DNA from: Minisyncoccota bacterium
GTDB lineage: Bacteria; Patescibacteriota; Minisyncoccia; Phycocordibacterales; PALSA-1337
Direction: 5' to 3'
Assembly: GCA_017991475.1 (NCBI GenBank)
Contig: JAGOQK010000004.1
Span: 7,227-70,549, forward strand
DNA length: 63,323 bases
Part shown: positions 54,301-63,323 of the stretch, in pieces
Layout: every line of letters starts with the position of its first letter
Position numbering within the stretch: position 1 is the first letter of the stretch
Position numbers and translations under genes: made by a program
The notes under the pieces: generated by a model
Seen by the model: the letters and a program-made list of their open reading frames with translations, nothing else
Told to the model about the DNA's origin: nothing
Databases searched by the model: none

Positions 54301-56153
54301 GTTGTGTCTGCTGTAACACCAGTATCTAGCTTGAAATTATCTTGGCCAGTATAGCCTATTACACCATTTGCATACTTGATATACCACCAGTAGAAACCAT
54401 CATTTTGATTCTGTGCACCCCCACCAATAATCTCACCCTTTGCACCGAGAGCTTGAGTTCCTTTGAGAGTACCAGTTAGCGCAGCAATTGAACGAACATT
54501 TGCCTGTGCGGTAGTTTGGATTTTATCACCTATCCTGAATGCGCTAGACATGACCGCTGGCTTGAGGTTGTCCTCTCCAACATATCCATCAGCACCTGTC
54601 TCGAAGTCGAGTTTCCACCAGAAGAAATTGTCAGAAGTATTTTTCACACCTTCAGGTCCAGATGTATCGTCAACAACTGTCGCGAGAGAACTTGTGTACT
54701 GAGTACCTGCGGTCTTTGCAGAAAGAGCTCCTGCCTCGCGAACATTACTGAGATTGAGAGTTTGCACTTTATCACCTATCCTGAACTTGCTTGAGGTTAC
54801 CACCGGAACTGCTGTTATGGTGATTTTAGCTGAAGCTGAGGGTGTAGAAGCGCCAGTATTGTCTGTAGCGCGCGCAGTAACTGTATAGGTACCTGCTACT
54901 ACACCAGTCCATGAGTATGAGTATGGAGCTGTAGTATCAGTACCGAGAAGTGTAGAGCCGTTGTAGAAAGATACTGATGATATTGTTCCGTCAGAATCTG
55001 TTGCTGATGCAGTGAGAATGATCGATGCTGGTGCGGTAGCTGTAGTCGGAGCTGAGATGCTGACGACTGGAGCTGAGTTGGCAGGAGCATCAGTCTTAAA
55101 TGTTCCGTTTGCTGAACTTGCTGAGTTGCCTGCCACATCCTTGGAGGTCACCTTATAGTGGTAGAGTGTGCCCGGCTGTAGTTTCTGAGTAGAATCAGGA
55201 ATAGTCTGAGAGTGGGAGGTGGTCATCGAAGATCCAGTGTCCTTGAGAGTCGTGTTACTTCCATATGATGAAGTAACGCCGTACGACACATAGGTATCAG
55301 AAGCCTCATTGGTAGTCCAGGTTACGGTAGCCTGATTCTCCTGAATGCTGGAAACTGAAACATTTGATATTACTGGTGCCGTTGTATCCCCTGCAGGAGC
55401 GCCTGTGTATGCGTACAGATTTTCTACCTCAGTGTCTGATAGCTTCTTATTATATATACGGAAGTCATCGACAAGTGCTTTGCCGAATGATGAACCGAAG
55501 TTGCCGTAGTGACCGATGTGTACTTCATTCAAGAAATCATCAGGCTTACTTGCATTTGAACTTGCAACCTCACCACCATCAACATATACCTTTACTGCAC
55601 CAGCACTAGTGTAGGTCATGACGACGTGATACCACTTATCTGAATCGATTGTCTTTGCGGTGACATTTGGGAATGATCCACCGAATTCCCAGCCGAGCTT
55701 ACCATTACTATTCACGCTGAGTGTCGGTGCACGCTGAGTGCCCGAACCACCCCAACTTCCGGTGAGGACGCCGTTGGCACTCTTCTTGAACCAGAATGCG
55801 ACCGATCCGCCTGATGTAGAGTACACCTGGTTTGGGATCTTCACGTAGTTGGAACCGTCGAATGAAGCGGATCCATTCCCTATTTTGCCAGAGGAGAAGG
55901 CTGAGCTGCCGGTCCATGTACCGCTGTTGCCATTGCCTGATGCATCACTGAGAGACGAATTGTCGAAGGTCAAGTGAGCAACAAGACCTGACGGGAGTGT
56001 GGCGTTCGAAACTTGTGCGACCTGCGTGCGACTTTGTATAGGCACAACCGAAAGCGGTGAGCTTGGGGTTGCATTGAACACTATATAGCCGAGTGAAAGT
56101 GCTGTTACGCAGAGTGCGGCGATCAATAATACGGACACAGGGAAACGCTTCAT
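51351..56153 (-). CDS. Giant secreted mosaic protein (LamG, FN3-like, Ig-like, SH3-like, beta-helix)
   Basis: Signal/TM; WYHVVMTY...VDDFRIYN (LamG); DTTAP/DTTLP-initiated Ig/FN3 units; WWKLDF/WWYIKY/WWNVDF SH3-like units; Asn-rich parallel beta-helix C-terminus. Confidence 0.88.
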   Translation of the reverse strand: MKRFPVSVLLIAALCVTALSLGYIVFNATPSSPLSVVPIQSRTQVAQVSNATLPSGLVAHLTFDNSSLSDASGNGNSGTWTGSSAFSSGKIGNGSASFDGSNYVKIPNQVYSTSGGSVAFWFKKSANGVLTGSWGGSGTQRAPTLSVNSNGKLGWEFGGSFPNVTAKTIDSDKWYHVVMTYTSAGAVKVYVDGGEVASSNASKPDDFLNEVHIGHYGNFGSSFGKALVDDFRIYNKKLSDTEVENLYAYTGAPAGDTTAPVISNVSVSSIQENQATVTWTTNEASDTYVSYGVTSSYGSNTTLKDTGSSMTTSHSQTIPDSTQKLQPGTLYHYKVTSKDVAGNSASSANGTFKTDAPANSAPVVSISAPTTATAPASIILTASATDSDGTISSVSFYNGSTLLGTDTTAPYSYSWTGVVAGTYTVTARATDNTGASTPSASAKITITAVPVVTSSKFRIGDKVQTLNLSNVREAGALSAKTAGTQYTSSLATVVDDTSGPEGVKNTSDNFFWWKLDFETGADGYVGEDNLKPAVMSSAFRIGDKIQTTAQANVRSIAALTGTLKGTQALGAKGEIIGGGAQNQNDGFYWWYIKYANGVIGYTGQDNFKLDTGVTADTTLPVVSSFTATASGSSFTVALSTSATDNVAVTGYMVNESATKPSATAAGWTTNAPTAYTFTSAGTKTLYAWAKDAAGNVSNARSASVTVGSVANPLPQAPTGLSAVVVSSPQLQVNLTWNAPVPLNGVIGYKVFRDGSQIANITPAATSFQNTTVASGTTYKYTVSSYNAAGNTSVLSNEASATTPPIVTADTTLPVVSSFTATASGSSFTVALSTSATDNVAVTGYMVNESATKPSATAAGWTTNAPTAYTFTSAGTKTLYAWAKDAAGNVSNARSASVTVGSVTTPGKFTIPQLVETNATVNVRQAPVNGVAGAIKTTQPLGSVATTTGGPQVATLGTVTYTWWNVDFASGVNGWVGQDGLDAHILDTTAPQAVTGLIATVGGSTQITLNWNASTDNKAVTGYRVFMNGVLQNNPNSTATTFTSSGLTPDTAYSYSVSAYDAAGNQGAATVVNTRTAQLGAPAAIISANQISVLSGQAALITWQSVDATSCSVTKNSSAWQTGVSGVDVSTGTLTAPTTFAITCSNAVGTSVVKSVTINIGAAGGNWYLNAAAGTSGNGQSWATAWNTPSSIIWSNIKPGDTLWIAGGNYTTGLSVGSSGTAANPIRIKRVRSTDTIPTSSTGWDPAYDSRATFTSSAALRAPVSYVEIDGQEDMGLRFVSSNSGGLPTSYDATGGRYITLNKVDLVGPNSAKAINGESIGTALVSHSGDGSGMMIGYGYAPNPGADYITIKNSRVRGHPNEFWFAGARNITIENNKIYDNGAANSAQWHGNLMIVNGSDGMIFRNNEVYNWQVEGLYPWGSTSRNWYVYGNVFHDGIGGKNGSTHRFLELRSYSGSVTHGPFYVYNNTITNSWAAITRGDTTVYWSADSVVRNNLVYNVANGGIGYLPVNASNNYTASTDPFQAGTFKLAAPLKVSGLAAPGIPVSNVPTVLKNPDGTSIVTDFNLDPARKTRGADGVWDVGAYECPQGTVGGVIGCVYQ
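53448..54318. repeat. 292-bp exact intragenic direct repeat (579-bp period)
   Basis: 53448..53739 is identical to 54027..54318 by eye. Confidence 0.92.
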
Positions 56154-56517
56154 ATGATTAAATTGTTATTCGTGCTTTTATAATGTAATAAAAGAGATGT
56201 GATGCATCTCACCTGTATAGTATATCGCGACACACTTTATATGTCCCTGTGGAGAACTGCCTTGCAGGGATGCGACACTACACGAAGTCAGGTGTGACGA
56301 TCTTCCGACAGAATTATTACATTGCATATCACATGATCGTCATGGTGTAGTACTTTCACCGCTTTCGACCGAATCACACACTATGACAGTCCGCGCAACC
56401 GTCACTGTACTAATATATAGAGTGTTTACTATTCAACTACTAGATAGTTACCCTGCCACGCCACCTACGAATTTAAGCCATATTCCAGAAATTAATATGT
56501 GCTTTTATCAATGTTTA

Positions 56518-59500
56518 TTAAGGTTGTACATCTGTAGTAGAAGTATCCGCCTCAGGGCTATCCGTGGTTGCAGGCTCTACTGCTTCGACAGTTTCTTCTG
56601 TCGTACTATCTTCGGCCTCTGAAGGAGTAGTCGTGTCACCTGACTGAGTATCTGTACCCTCGGAGACTTGAATTTCATCTCCCTCGTCGACTACAGGAGT
56701 AGTGGTGGAATCATCAGCCGGAGCACTCTCCTCTGTTGTTGCCGTAGTATCCTCTGTTGATGCAGTATCCTCAACTATTTCCTGCTGTGGAGTCGACGTA
56801 GCCGTACTATCGGTTGTGGTTGGCGATTCTTCTGGTACTACCTCAGGATCTGACTCCGGTGTCACAGGTGCTGCTGGAGACGCAGGCACTGGTGATTGTA
56901 CCTCTCCGCATGCACCTAGATCCTTGAGCCAATCTCCTCCACTGATTCTGACGCAGTAGACCTGTCCGGTAGCCGCATCTGTCATCTCGAGACCATTCGA
57001 AATTGCCGCAACCTGCGTCTCGACGCGATCAGCATAGACGATACGTGCAGTGAGCTTATCCATTGTCCATTCGCCAATAGACCTGATCATGTCAGTCACT
57101 GCGCTCGCGATAGTGGTAATGAACGGTGTCGAGGTTGCGAGACGCTCCTCTGTAGTTGAAGCGATGATATCTATTGTCGTACTTGCGATGCGTGCGGAAG
57201 TAGATGAGACTATAGCATCGATGAAGGATTCGTCCGACGAAATGGTCATGCTGACTTCCGATATGTCTATCTCGACATCCCTGAGCGCGAGCTCCTCTGT
57301 CGTGCTTGCGAGAGCAGATACCTTCTGATCAATAGTGGCGATAGCGAGGTTCGAGGCGTCGATAGCAGATGCGAGAGATTGAAGTGTCTGCTTCGATGAT
57401 GCGAGGTTGGTGACCGCATCAACCTTCCAGTTCTCGAGACCTATAGTGCTCGAGGCGATATCCCCTATCTGTACCTGCTGCTCCTTGACCGCGTTGACCA
57501 CGACCGCGACCATATCCTCATAGCGCACGCCGCGCGGTGTCGTACCATCTGCTTCGGTGAAGATGAGACGATCGTCTACCTGACCAACCTCCTCAGCGAT
57601 GAAGCCGATACGCTGATCGTCGCTGCCGTTGTACTTGAATGATACAGGATTGAGTGTCTTGAGTGCCTCGAGGCCGATGGAGAGCGGTCCGATAGAGTTC
57701 TTGAAGCGAGCTGAGGAGACTGTACAAGTTTGCGCACCCGTATTGACGACCATCTCATTATTAGCTGAGAGACAGAGCGCATCACCAGAAACTGAAGCTG
57801 CCGTAAGACCATTGAAGGCGGCAGTACCAACAACTGAGAAGGTTTTCCATGGTGATGTGGTACCGATACCGACATTTCCTTGTATTATCGCTCCGTTCGA
57901 TGGACCAGCAGTCGTATAATATGATGCTCCGAGTGAGAAGCTTCCATTATCATGAAACTTTGCCATGGCCGCCGCATCACCTGTTCTAAACAAAATATCA
58001 TCATTTGCATTCTGTGTGCTGATATAGAGATTCTGATCATTATGAGACCATGAGAGCTGTGCGCCGAGATTGTCAGACGGAGAACCGAAATAGATTGTCC
58101 CGAAATTGGCATCAGGCGTAAGGAGAGAGAAGCCGCTGTTGCCGCTCGCCTCCATCACGATGGTATTGGAGTTTGTATTTGCAGTAACGGATCCGGCAGA
58201 ACCATTTTTTACGTGAAGTGTTCCCTCTGGGCTGGTTTCGCCGATACCGAGCTGCGGCGTGCCACCAGAAGTCCCCTGTCGAAGACGCATAAGTTCATTT
58301 GAGCCAGTTGATTGCAAATCACCACCCGCATTCCACGTAAAGCGATTGGCAACCCCATTGGTCGAGAAGAACTGCATCTCCCCCGCATTAAGTCCCCAAC
58401 CCCAACGATTTGTTGCTGAACCTGGATTGTAGAGAAGTAATGCTGGTAAGCCATAATTTCCCCCAAAATCAATCGTTGAGTTCCCTCCCGGCGACGAACC
58501 TTTTGAAAGCATATTAATATTATTGAATGTTGAGGTTGCCGATGATGTTGTTGCGGTGAATGTTCCCGCGAGAGCGTTGGTACCCAAATCGGATGAACCA
58601 TTGACCGACAACATACGCCACGGTGATGTGGTACCGATGCCCACATTACCTGTGTATGGGATTGTGAGTACGGGCACTGCGGTCGGAGCAGCTCCAGAAC
58701 CTGTACTTGATGAAACCTGGAATATATTCTTGACTGAGCCAGGGAAATCAAGGACTGACAGCGCTGCAGAAGGATTGACTGCTGCGCCGCTAAATGAAGC
58801 CACGTACCCGTTACCAATACCTACGCCAACGTTATGCACTATAGCAATGCTTGTTGATGCAGCAGCACCAGTCAAGCTGTCGGATGGAGTCGTCGAGAAG
58901 AACATGTTCTGCGCTCCATATGCAGATCCGCCTGGGATATTACCGAAGAAAATATTGTTTTGTGTGGCCGAGGTGAAATCGGCTGAGAATATCGCAATGT
59001 TGTTATTTGGGTTCGAATACGAAGGAACAACGATGCGTCCAACCTTTCTTGTCGAATTACTCAAGGTTCCCGCAGCATTCACATTGGCGCCAAAACGAAT
59101 TGCACCAGTTCCAGCTCCCGACAGGAATGAACCAACTCCCGCATTTGAAACAGATGCAGCCAGCGTCGAACCGGTAGAATCATAGACTGATATTGTTCCT
59201 GTAGCTGTGACTACACCACCAAGATACGTGCTGCCTGCGACGCTTAGCTTAGATACTGGAGATGTGGTACCGATACCTATGTTCCCATCAACAATTAATG
59301 AATCTGCCGTTCTTATCTGATCAGCTGCCCCGCGATACAATTCCGTATCAATAGTTGTGCCAATTGCACCACTTGCCCACGACAAGCGACCCGTTGATGA
59401 GAGTGCGAACTGTGTTCCTCCCCAAGATGCAAAGTCAGTTCCATTGGAACTAAATCTCCAGAAACCATCCGCCACATTCCTAAATCCAGTATTTGTGTCA

Positions 59501-62500
59501 TTTGAAGTCGTTATTACTGGAGTAGATGCAGTACCAGAAGAAGTGGCCATAAAGATATCCGCAACAACATTTCCAGCGACTGACAGATTGGCATATGGAG
59601 ATGTGGTACCGATACCTATGTTTCCTGTATTCGCCATGAATAGGCTCGAGGTTGCAGTAAGAGTTGTACCGTTTGCCGCATAGTACGGAATCTGACCAGT
59701 GGTACCCGAACCGACTGTGCCCGAACCTGAACCACCGACACAGACACCGTTGATGGCATAACAACCGCTCGAAATATCAAATCCTGTTGTAGAAGTCGTC
59801 GTTCCTGCGGCATTGATCTCAAGTATGTTTGCGGGTGTAATTGTAACGTCGTTTCCCGCATTCAAAAGGACATTTCCTGTACCACTTGTCACATTCACAT
59901 TTACCACATCAGTACTTAGGCCGTTACCATCCGCATCAAGCAGGCTCACGCTATCAGTCAAGGTGAGTTGCGCTGCATCCTGAGTCAACCATGAGAAATA
60001 CGCACTGTTTCCGGAGAAGATTGAATCCGGTTGATCTCCAGTGATATTGAAATTCTTGACGGTTGCTGCAAATCTTCCAACTGCGGGTTCGAAGAAGAAT
60101 GGGGCTGTCGATGTAGCTGTCGACCCGATCGAAACCGCCCCTTGGTTGAAATATATGCCGTCCAACGAGTTATCGATCCATTGCGTATTGACCTGCGGAA
60201 GATCTGACACCATCGTCACGCCATCTCCGACTTTGGTATCATTCGTATCCGTCACATAAATCCTTTGACCCGAAAGCGGCACCACTGCGGCCAAATTCGA
60301 CGATGTATCCTGCAAAGGCAACACTATACCATAGGCATTATTGAAAGAAATATCACCAGCGAACGTACTGGTAGCGGTCGTGGATGTGGCCGTAAAGTAT
60401 TCCGCAACTGTTTCTCCAACGACAGACAGCTTCGCATATGGAGAGGTCGTTCCGATACCAATATTTCCATTTGCAGCGATGAAGAGGCTTGAGGTTGCAG
60501 TGAGGGTTGTGCCATTTGCTGCATAGTATGGAATCTGACCGGTGGTGCCTGCCCCGATAGCAGAAGAGCTCATGAGGCCAAGTGATGATGTTGCAGTGAG
60601 CGTATACCCCGTACCATTCCCCACAAGGAGCTGACCATATGATGGTGCGGCGGTGAGTCCAGTACCTCCATACAAGACGCCGATTGAACTGGTTGCTGAT
60701 ATCACTCCATTATTTGCCTGAAGTGGTCCGTTCAGCGATCCAAGGGTGAGTGCGTTAGTAGTAAGACCTCCAGTGAATGTCTGAAGTGCTGAGAACGTGT
60801 TGGCGGTGTATACCTTCGGGATGGTGGTGGATGCGTGGATGAAGGCGCTGACGCTCGTATCGTCATAGACGCTATTGGTGATGCATGTTCCATTTACTGC
60901 GAAGCAGCCATCGAGAAGATTTATTCCTTTTGAAAAAGTTGAGGTAGCGTAAGGTGATATGTTTACATAGTCAGTACTTGATCCGATAGCGAGCATCGTG
61001 CCTGGAGTTGTTGTTCCAATACCTAGACTTGATGAATTTACCGTTAATGTAGGCAAAGAAGAATACCCGACCATGAAACTATTTGCGATATCATTCTCGA
61101 ACCCTTTACCAAAGCCAGTAGCAAGATTTGCTGATGATGTACCTGCAGAACCGAAGAAGAATGAACCTTGCCCAGAAGACGTAATACCACCAGTACCTGC
61201 TCTACCTCCGGCAAATGCGCCTTGGCCGGAAGCGGTAATTTTTCCTGACACAGCATAACCGAGCGCAATAGATCCTGAACCGCTTGATAAAAGTGTGTGC
61301 GTTTCTGCAGCAGAACCAAGAGCAATAGAACCAACTCCTGACGCAGTCATAAATCCTCCAGGAGATGATGCAACACTTCCAGCCACAAATGAACCAAAAC
61401 CAGACGATGTAATAGCTGAACTATTGAATATCGAACTAACATATCCAAAAGCACTTGAACCCTGACCCGATGCTGTTATTGTATCGACGTTTGTACTTTT
61501 ACCTACCGCAATAGAATTGTTAGACGCGTAAGTTCGAGGACCTCCAATAGAAACATTTCCCCTTAATGTAGTGGTTGCTGTCGATGATGCGGCCGTAAAA
61601 TAATCAGAAAGAACTCGACCACCGACAGCGAATTCAGCGGCTGGAGATGTTGTTCCAACCCCAACATTACCGGCCAAAGTATAGTAGATATTTGCAATTG
61701 GCTTCAAACTCCCTACAGAGGTAACCCCATCTCCAATCTTCGTATAGGTTGTATCTGTTTCGTATATCAGCTCACCTGACAACGGAACTACACTCGCAAG
61801 GTTTGCAGCTGTATCCTGGAGTGGCAAAACTACTGCATTGAGGTTACCATCGGAATCAATAAGCACATCGTTTCCGACATAGAAAGTCTTACCCTCTGCA
61901 AGGGCAAAGCCACTTGATGTCGTTGTAGCAGTTACTAGAAGGTTTCCATTGAAAATGGTATCACCAGCAACTGACAGCTTGGCATATGGTGAAGTGGTAC
62001 CGATGCCGACATTACCCGTAGTGTAGTAAATATCTGAGGCATTAGTCGTCCACTGTGACGATGTGATGCCCAATGAACTCGTAGCTGTCAACGTATATCC
62101 TCCTGAAGAGTTGCCAAGAAGGAGCTGACCATATGACGGCGCAGCAGTGAGTCCGGTACCTCCATACAGTACTCCGATTGAGGTCGTAGCTGAGACAACG
62201 CCATTGTTAGACTGGAGCGGGCCGTTGAGAGATCCGAGAGTGAGAGCGTTCGTGGTAAGACCGCCAGTGAGAGTCTGAAGTGCAGAGAAGGTGTTTGCAG
62301 TATATGTCTTCGGGATAGTTGTAGATGCGTGGATGAAGGCGCTGACACTCGTATCGTCATAGACGCTATTGGTGATGCATGTTCCATTTACTGCGAAGCA
62401 GCCTGCTGAAATATCGATGCCGTTCGTGAATGTGGAAGATGCGCTAGCCGTGCTAACGATCGGAGTTCGTACACGAACATCAGTAGTAGTAATGGTGACC

Positions 62501-63323
62501 TTGCTAGAATTACCAACTCCGAGATCCAGAGATTCTGCAAGAGAATTTGTCATAAGTTGTCCGATCGCGAACGTCTGGTTCTCTGTAAGTGAAAGACCTT
62601 TACCGAATGCGAACTGGATCCCGTCGCCATCGATAGTGTTTTCTGCTCCATAGATACCTGCGGAATCACCAGATCCTGTTACCGTGTTGTTTGTACCGAC
62701 GATCGTATGCTTCGATCCCCTGCCAATATTATTGTGACCGAAGATATATGAATCCTCTGCCTCAAGGAGCTGGTTTCCGAAGCCGAACACGCCGCCAACG
62801 AGAGTATCCACGGTATTATCATTTCCAACGACAGCTGCTTCAAAAGTGTTTGAATGAAGGTTGTTCTTGAATCCAACAGAGAATGCTCCATAATTTGTAT
62901 CCCCCGCTACACCCGTCCAGTTTCTGATAGCCAAATTCTGATTATCCGTATTTCGCGGAGTCCCGATCATTAGCGGAGCGGCGATCGTACTTGATGCCGT
63001 CGTCGATGTTGCTGTGAAATAGCTCGCCACAACTTGCCCAGCCACTGCGAGTCGAGCATACGGCGATGTCGTACCTATGCCTACATTACCTGTAGTGTAG
63101 TAAATATCTGAGGCATTAGTCGTCCACTGTGACGATGTGATGCCCAATGAACTCGTTGCAGTAAGTGCATATCCTGATCCAGTACCAAGAAGAAGCTGAC
63201 CATATGATGGAGTCGTTGTGATACCTGTACCACCACGAGATACCGCGAGTGTACCTGTGGTATCTCCGAGTGCGATGTTGAGTGTTGAGGTCGCAATGGT
63301 GCCAACTGCCCCGTTGGTGCCAT
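56518..63323 (-). CDS. Giant tail-fibre-like surface protein, 5'-truncated by the window (over 2260 aa)
   Basis: Frame is open to the window edge; many GNVGIGTTSP repeats; two Mtd-N-like modules; VSSARFKNSI and RIGFIAEEV (S74); coiled coil; acidic Thr/Glu/Pro tail. Confidence 0.9.
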   Translation of the reverse strand, partial: GTNGAVGTIATSTLNIALGDTTGTLAVSRGGTGITTTPSYGQLLLGTGSGYALTATSSLGITSSQWTTNASDIYYTTGNVGIGTTSPYARLAVAGQVVASYFTATSTTASSTIAAPLMIGTPRNTDNQNLAIRNWTGVAGDTNYGAFSVGFKNNLHSNTFEAAVVGNDNTVDTLVGGVFGFGNQLLEAEDSYIFGHNNIGRGSKHTIVGTNNTVTGSGDSAGIYGAENTIDGDGIQFAFGKGLSLTENQTFAIGQLMTNSLAESLDLGVGNSSKVTITTTDVRVRTPIVSTASASSTFTNGIDISAGCFAVNGTCITNSVYDDTSVSAFIHASTTIPKTYTANTFSALQTLTGGLTTNALTLGSLNGPLQSNNGVVSATTSIGVLYGGTGLTAAPSYGQLLLGNSSGGYTLTATSSLGITSSQWTTNASDIYYTTGNVGIGTTSPYAKLSVAGDTIFNGNLLVTATTTSSGFALAEGKTFYVGNDVLIDSDGNLNAVVLPLQDTAANLASVVPLSGELIYETDTTYTKIGDGVTSVGSLKPIANIYYTLAGNVGVGTTSPAAEFAVGGRVLSDYFTAASSTATTTLRGNVSIGGPRTYASNNSIAVGKSTNVDTITASGQGSSAFGYVSSIFNSSAITSSGFGSFVAGSVASSPGGFMTASGVGSIALGSAAETHTLLSSGSGSIALGYAVSGKITASGQGAFAGGRAGTGGITSSGQGSFFFGSAGTSSANLATGFGKGFENDIANSFMVGYSSLPTLTVNSSSLGIGTTTPGTMLAIGSSTDYVNISPYATSTFSKGINLLDGCFAVNGTCITNSVYDDTSVSAFIHASTTIPKVYTANTFSALQTFTGGLTTNALTLGSLNGPLQANNGVISATSSIGVLYGGTGLTAAPSYGQLLVGNGTGYTLTATSSLGLMSSSAIGAGTTGQIPYYAANGTTLTATSSLFIAANGNIGIGTTSPYAKLSVVGETVAEYFTATSTTATSTFAGDISFNNAYGIVLPLQDTSSNLAAVVPLSGQRIYVTDTNDTKVGDGVTMVSDLPQVNTQWIDNSLDGIYFNQGAVSIGSTATSTAPFFFEPAVGRFAATVKNFNITGDQPDSIFSGNSAYFSWLTQDAAQLTLTDSVSLLDADGNGLSTDVVNVNVTSGTGNVLLNAGNDVTITPANILEINAAGTTTSTTGFDISSGCYAINGVCVGGSGSGTVGSGTTGQIPYYAANGTTLTATSSLFMANTGNIGIGTTSPYANLSVAGNVVADIFMATSSGTASTPVITTSNDTNTGFRNVADGFWRFSSNGTDFASWGGTQFALSSTGRLSWASGAIGTTIDTELYRGAADQIRTADSLIVDGNIGIGTTSPVSKLSVAGSTYLGGVVTATGTISVYDSTGSTLAASVSNAGVGSFLSGAGTGAIRFGANVNAAGTLSNSTRKVGRIVVPSYSNPNNNIAIFSADFTSATQNNIFFGNIPGGSAYGAQNMFFSTTPSDSLTGAAASTSIAIVHNVGVGIGNGYVASFSGAAVNPSAALSVLDFPGSVKNIFQVSSSTGSGAAPTAVPVLTIPYTGNVGIGTTSPWRMLSVNGSSDLGTNALAGTFTATTSSATSTFNNINMLSKGSSPGGNSTIDFGGNYGLPALLLYNPGSATNRWGWGLNAGEMQFFSTNGVANRFTWNAGGDLQSTGSNELMRLRQGTSGGTPQLGIGETSPEGTLHVKNGSAGSVTANTNSNTIVMEASGNSGFSLLTPDANFGTIYFGSPSDNLGAQLSWSHNDQNLYISTQNANDDILFRTGDAAAMAKFHDNGSFSLGASYYTTAGPSNGAIIQGNVGIGTTSPWKTFSVVGTAAFNGLTAASVSGDALCLSANNEMVVNTGAQTCTVSSARFKNSIGPLSIGLEALKTLNPVSFKYNGSDDQRIGFIAEEVGQVDDRLIFTEADGTTPRGVRYEDMVAVVVNAVKEQQVQIGDIASSTIGLENWKVDAVTNLASSKQTLQSLASAIDASNLAIATIDQKVSALASTTEELALRDVEIDISEVSMTISSDESFIDAIVSSTSARIASTTIDIIASTTEERLATSTPFITTIASAVTDMIRSIGEWTMDKLTARIVYADRVETQVAAISNGLEMTDAATGQVYCVRISGGDWLKDLGACGEVQSPVPASPAAPVTPESDPEVVPEESPTTTDSTATSTPQQEIVEDTASTEDTTATTEESAPADDSTTTPVVDEGDEIQVSEGTDTQSGDTTTPSEAEDSTTEETVEAVEPATTDSPEADTSTTDVQP

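Noticed and set aside
56154-56517. ncRNA or small gene in the 360-bp gap between the giant genes
   Set aside because: Only short weak hairpins and no convincing ORF or known RNA motif
56518-63323. Prophage tail module or diversity-generating retroelement target
   Set aside because: No capsid, terminase, integrase or reverse transcriptase in the window; the repeats are exact or differ at synonymous sites rather than showing adenine-specific mismatches
1-63323. Alternative genetic code (UGA=Gly as in Gracilibacteria)
   Set aside because: Conserved genes such as alr end at TGA at the expected length, and no core gene is interrupted by TGA

Overview
A 63.3 kb chromosomal window from a Patescibacteria/CPR bacterium, most likely Parcubacteria. 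This assignment is inferred from gene content: a short hinge-less SMC, a NusB-Nudix fusion, a VirB2-like pilin array and giant S74-chaperone surface proteins. The standard genetic code is in use. The core backbone comprises rpmG, alr, clpB, smc, rnc, nusB, rpmF, secG, rnj, rplY, fba, a PfkB kinase, tgt, a LOG protein, an RRM protein and five tRNAs (Trp, Tyr, Lys, Leu, Ser). Accessory blocks interrupt it. The most notable is a self-contained four-gene ubiquitin-like conjugation operon (E2-like, JAB, E1/ThiF, Ubl ending in GSKG) between rnc and smc, with no sulfur-transfer or mobility genes nearby. Non-coding findings: a family of structured tRNA-trailer elements that duplicate the tRNA 3' end and carry an antisense copy of their own tRNA's T-arm; two homologous long cruciforms between divergent genes; heptad-periodic inverted repeats; and many apparently leaderless core genes. 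The right third of the window encodes large secreted proteins, including an SGNH esterase-like module found both standalone and inside a tail-fibre-like giant protein. The last giant ORF runs off the window edge. All protein calls come from motif recognition by eye; no database searches were run.
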